Shown here piece by piece: positions 60,147 to 64,000 of a DNA stretch of 64,000 bases. This DNA comes from Chrysomallon squamiferum. Its lineage: Eukaryota > Animalia > Mollusca. The stretch's first letter is position 1. Each line of letters begins with the position of its first letter. The notes under the pieces were generated by a model. The model did no database searches. It saw only the letters and a list, made by a program, of their open reading frames with translations, and was not told the origin of the DNA. The position numbers and the translations under genes were made by a program. The stretch spans positions 8,742,001-8,806,000 of the forward strand of contig CM022668.1 in assembly GCA_012295275.1 (NCBI GenBank), given 5' to 3'.

Positions 60147-60345
60147 ATTATTAATTATTATTATTATTATTTATTACCATTATTAGTATTATTATTATTT
60201 ATTATTATTTATTATTATTATTATTATTATTTATATTATTATAATTATTATTTATATTTATTATTATTATTATTATATTTTATTATTATTATTATTTATT
60301 ATTATTATTGTAATTAATATTATTATTATTATTATTATTATTGTT

Positions 60346-60399
<54 letters not shown>

Positions 60400-60400
60400 G
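60110..60400. repeat. imperfect (ATT)n tract
   Basis: Read directly. Confidence 0.95.
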
Positions 60401-61023
60401 AAAGAATAATGTCAGTTTCATTTTATAATACTAATTTGATGACAAGAATTAAATCGGTTTATATAGTATTATTATTATTAATTTTTAAAATGCAGATTTG
60501 GATTATATTAATGGATCTGACATTAAAACATTCCTGCTGGAATATCATTAGCATTAATTAATTAATAATCAATTATTTATTTATTAATATTGAAATATTT
60601 GTTTTGTGTTAAATTGAGAACTTCATAATTTTTTATTCTGTATTTTTTTTTTTTTTTTTTTATAAATAATGTGCACATAGCCAAATGTTCTCTACTTTGT
60701 TATATATTTTATATATTTTATCTCATTATAAATGTCTTTATTACTACTGCTTCTATTACTATTACTACTTTTATTATTACTATTATTATTATTACTACAA
60801 TTATTATTATTACTTTTACTATTATTACTATTATTATTATTATTATTACTTTAAATTATTATGATCTTATATAAACTTTAATTTGAATATATTGTATATA
60901 AAAACTAAATGAATAAATGACAATATACAAACAAACGTGATAGAGATGTTTCAGTTACTATACTGACAAAGTACTCAAAAGAACTTGAATTGCTAGAAAA
61001 TCTGTAGCACACATTTAATACAA

Positions 61024-61066
<43 letters not shown>

Positions 61067-61405
61067 CACACCAATACATTTTCTATAACATTTATTACAG
61101 CAAACCCAAAACTGTCATCCAAGCTGTTAAAAGAAATAATAATTCCATAAAATTCAATAGTCAAATATCATTAAATCATCAAATATCACTAAACTGGAAG
61201 CTAGATTAACTAAATAAGATTTGAAAAATATAATAAAGGATAGTATAAAGGGGTTGTATTAAAAGTTGTAACAGTTGTAGAAGTAGTAGCAGTAATAGTA
61301 GTAGTAGTAGTAGTAGTAGTAATGTAGTAGTAGTAGTAGAAGCAGTAATAGTTGTAGAAGTAGTAGCAGTAATAGCAGTAGTAATAGGAGTAGTAATGAT
61401 AGTAA

Positions 61406-61437
<32 letters not shown>

Positions 61438-62525
61438 ATAGTTGTAGAAGTAGTAGCAGTAATGGCAGTAGTAATAGGAGTAGTAATGATAGTAATAGTA
61501 AAAAGAACTGCAGAAGGTTTTTACAACAGAAGCAACGTGTAATTACATTTAACCAAAATACAATCATCATCCAACAGAACACCATTTTACATTCAATTCA
61601 CCAATCATACATCTGTAGTAGTCTGTATAACCAAATTAAAAAACAATTTAAGAAAAATAATAAATAAATAAAAATGAATTCTGTATTAATCTTATTTCTG
61701 AAGACATCAACACTTTCTTAGCAATTCGACCACAATTATTTCAAAAGACATTTCAGATCAAAATTACTTTTAACCTTCAGTCTAAAAAACTCAGAACAAA
61801 CTACCATTAAAAAAAACCCATCTGATATTAAGACATCAGAATCTTAATCTACAACCTAGCCCATTTAACCTCCATCTGACAATCAGAATAATAAACATCA
61901 TTGATTTATTATTCTTCAACTCAGCAAACAGATAAAAAAAGAAAGAAAAAAAGAAATGCATGTGTAACTTCTATTTTTAGTTTCTTTGTTGCAGTCTCAT
62001 ACACAGGGAGAAAATGAGCAGGCACAATTAACAGGTTTCTGTTAATAAAAATACTCTAACATTTCTATTCTCAGCTCTTGCATCTTTAAAAAATAAAAAT
62101 ATAAATAAGAGCTTTTACTTTTAGACCCTTTGTTGTATTTAGATTTGCCTGCACACATAAATGTATAAAATGATTATATAGACAAGTGGACATATATATA
62201 CAATTAATATGATAGAAAAGAAATGGCATTTTTTTTTTTTTACTAATAATATTATGCTTGACCTCATACAAATCTCATACAGATAAAATACAGGATAATA
62301 CACATCACATGCAAATGTAACTAAAACAATTAACAGGTCTTTATTGTGATTATTTTGATCACTTCCACCTATTATTATTATTATTATTATTCTTATTATT
62401 ATTACTACTACTACTACAAACCTGTCATCATTTCAGTTATAAACAGCTGACTGCCACATGGTCCTGAACGTGTTGAGATCTCCGAGTCTTCAATAATCCA
62501 AGGCAAAGAGACACAGGCCACTTAC

Positions 62526-62790
62526 AATCGACTGCCTGTAACCTGTCTCTCCCTCTCTCTCTCTCTCGCTCGCTCTCTCTCTCTCTCACACACACACTCT
62601 CTGTGAATGTGGAGGTCTAATGGACCTATTTGGTCAGCGAGGCGTGAGTTATATCGAGTGGTGAAACATTGCCTCTCGCTCACTCGCTCACTCAAAACGT
62701 TTCATGTTCTCACACACAAAGAATGGGTTTCCCAGCACAGTTCAGCGACTGCTGCTAGCGAGATTCCGCGAGAAAGCAGTTTGGGCAAAT
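62526..62790 (-). promoter_or_regulatory. candidate promoter and non-coding first exon of the NCKAP5-like gene
   Basis: CpG-enriched patch (ctcgctcactcgctcactc, ttccgcgagaaa) with a consensus donor GATT|GTAAGT on the - strand at 62526/62525. Confidence 0.3.
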
Positions 62791-62794
62791 GTAG

Positions 62795-63400
62795 ATGATG
62801 ATTGTATGGTGATAACGATGATGATGATGATTATATCATTACAGTGACAAATGTTATATAATCATTATGATAATGATGATAGTGGTGGTGGTGGTGGTGG
62901 TAATGATGGTGAATGGAAAATGGCTGGAAAATGGCAATGATGATGATGATTATGATTAAAGAAAAGAGATGAATGTGATGATAGTGCTGGTAAGCTTGTA
63001 TGATGATCAGGATGATGATGATGGATAAAATGAAAAAATGAATGTTGATATGATGATAGTGGTAGTAATGATCATCATCATCATCATTAAAATGAAGAGA
63101 TGAACATTGATGATGTGATGATAATGGTGATGAGGTTGGATCAGATGATGATGAATGTTGATGATTAGGCAGTGGTAAAGATGAGAGATAATGATGATGA
63201 TGATTAAAATGAATATTATTGATGATTAAAATGAAGAAATGAAAATTAATGATGTGATGATAGTGGTGGTGAGGTTGGATCAGATGATGATAACAATGCA
63301 GAGATGAATGTTGGCGATATGACAGTGGTAGAGATGAGAGATGATGAGGACGATGATGATTAAAATGATGACGATGAATATTATACTGTTAGTAGTATTA
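62795..63400. repeat. degenerate (GAT)n-derived satellite with longer recurring blocks
   Basis: gatgatgtgatgata.tggtg.tgaggttggatcagatgatgat recurs at ~63110 and ~63250; attaaaatgaaga recurs several times. Confidence 0.8.
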
Positions 63401-64000
63401 ATTAGTGATGGCAGAACTAGTAAGAATGATAATTAGGGAACTGAGTTATACTGATATCAATGACTTTGATGATCATCATGATGATAATTAGGTTTGAAAA
63501 TATGACAATTTGTGTGAAATGGGTTCTGTTTTGCAGACTGCTTACTTTTTGGAAATTATTTTTTGAACAAAAAATAAAAAATGTAAAGAAAGTGGCTTAG
63601 TTTTCATCCAACATTAAAATTATATTCTGAAATGATCAGAAGAGAAAGAGAGAGATAGCAAATTAACAAACAAAAAAGTTTCAAAACTAAATAAAATTAT
63701 AATTAATAATTAAATTCCAATATTTTTCCCTTTTTTATTTTTATTATTTTATTTTTTTAATTTTTTTTTTTTTTAATTTGATGAATATTGTATTTTTAAA
63801 ATTTTGCCATAACATCTTAACCACTAACTAAATAAAATTTTATACATTATATGGATATATTATCCATTATTATTTATTTATTTATTGTTGTTATTATTGT
63901 TATTATTAATATTACTTTTTTTTTTTTTTTTTTTTTTTAAAATACAAACATTTTCAGAAAAGACAATAATTTCAGATTCAAATCTTTTGTTACGTTCACT

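Overview
Eukaryotic, AT-rich, microsatellite-dense animal DNA with GT-AG introns. It looks like a non-vertebrate bilaterian, possibly a mollusc; this is an inference from composition only. There are no prokaryotic features, CRISPR arrays, rRNA or tRNA genes. Two spliced protein-coding genes can be assembled by hand with consistent splice phases, arranged tail-to-tail. (1) On the + strand, a 4-coding-exon LYPD6-like Ly6/uPAR three-finger gene (6834-9939, 173 aa) with a signal peptide, a 12-Cys LU domain and a probable GPI signal. (2) On the - strand, an NCKAP5/NCKAP5L homologue with at least 12 coding exons (18620-42071, 2072 aa, or 2091 aa with a candidate start exon at 42487-42543). It has the family's N-terminal coiled coil, a 3456-nt giant exon with several SxIP motifs, and an apparent ~6 kb 3' UTR. 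The rest is intron, UTR or upstream DNA with mini- and microsatellites, a Tigger4/Zombi-like MITE and candidate regulatory motif clusters. Top leads: the LYPD-NCKAP5 adjacency mirrors human LYPD1-NCKAP5; the MITE resembles mammalian Tigger4; a splice donor is tandemly copied six times; and several acceptors have 200-360 nt AG-free microsatellite tracts. Nearly all other ORFs in the supplied track are microsatellite or antisense artefacts.
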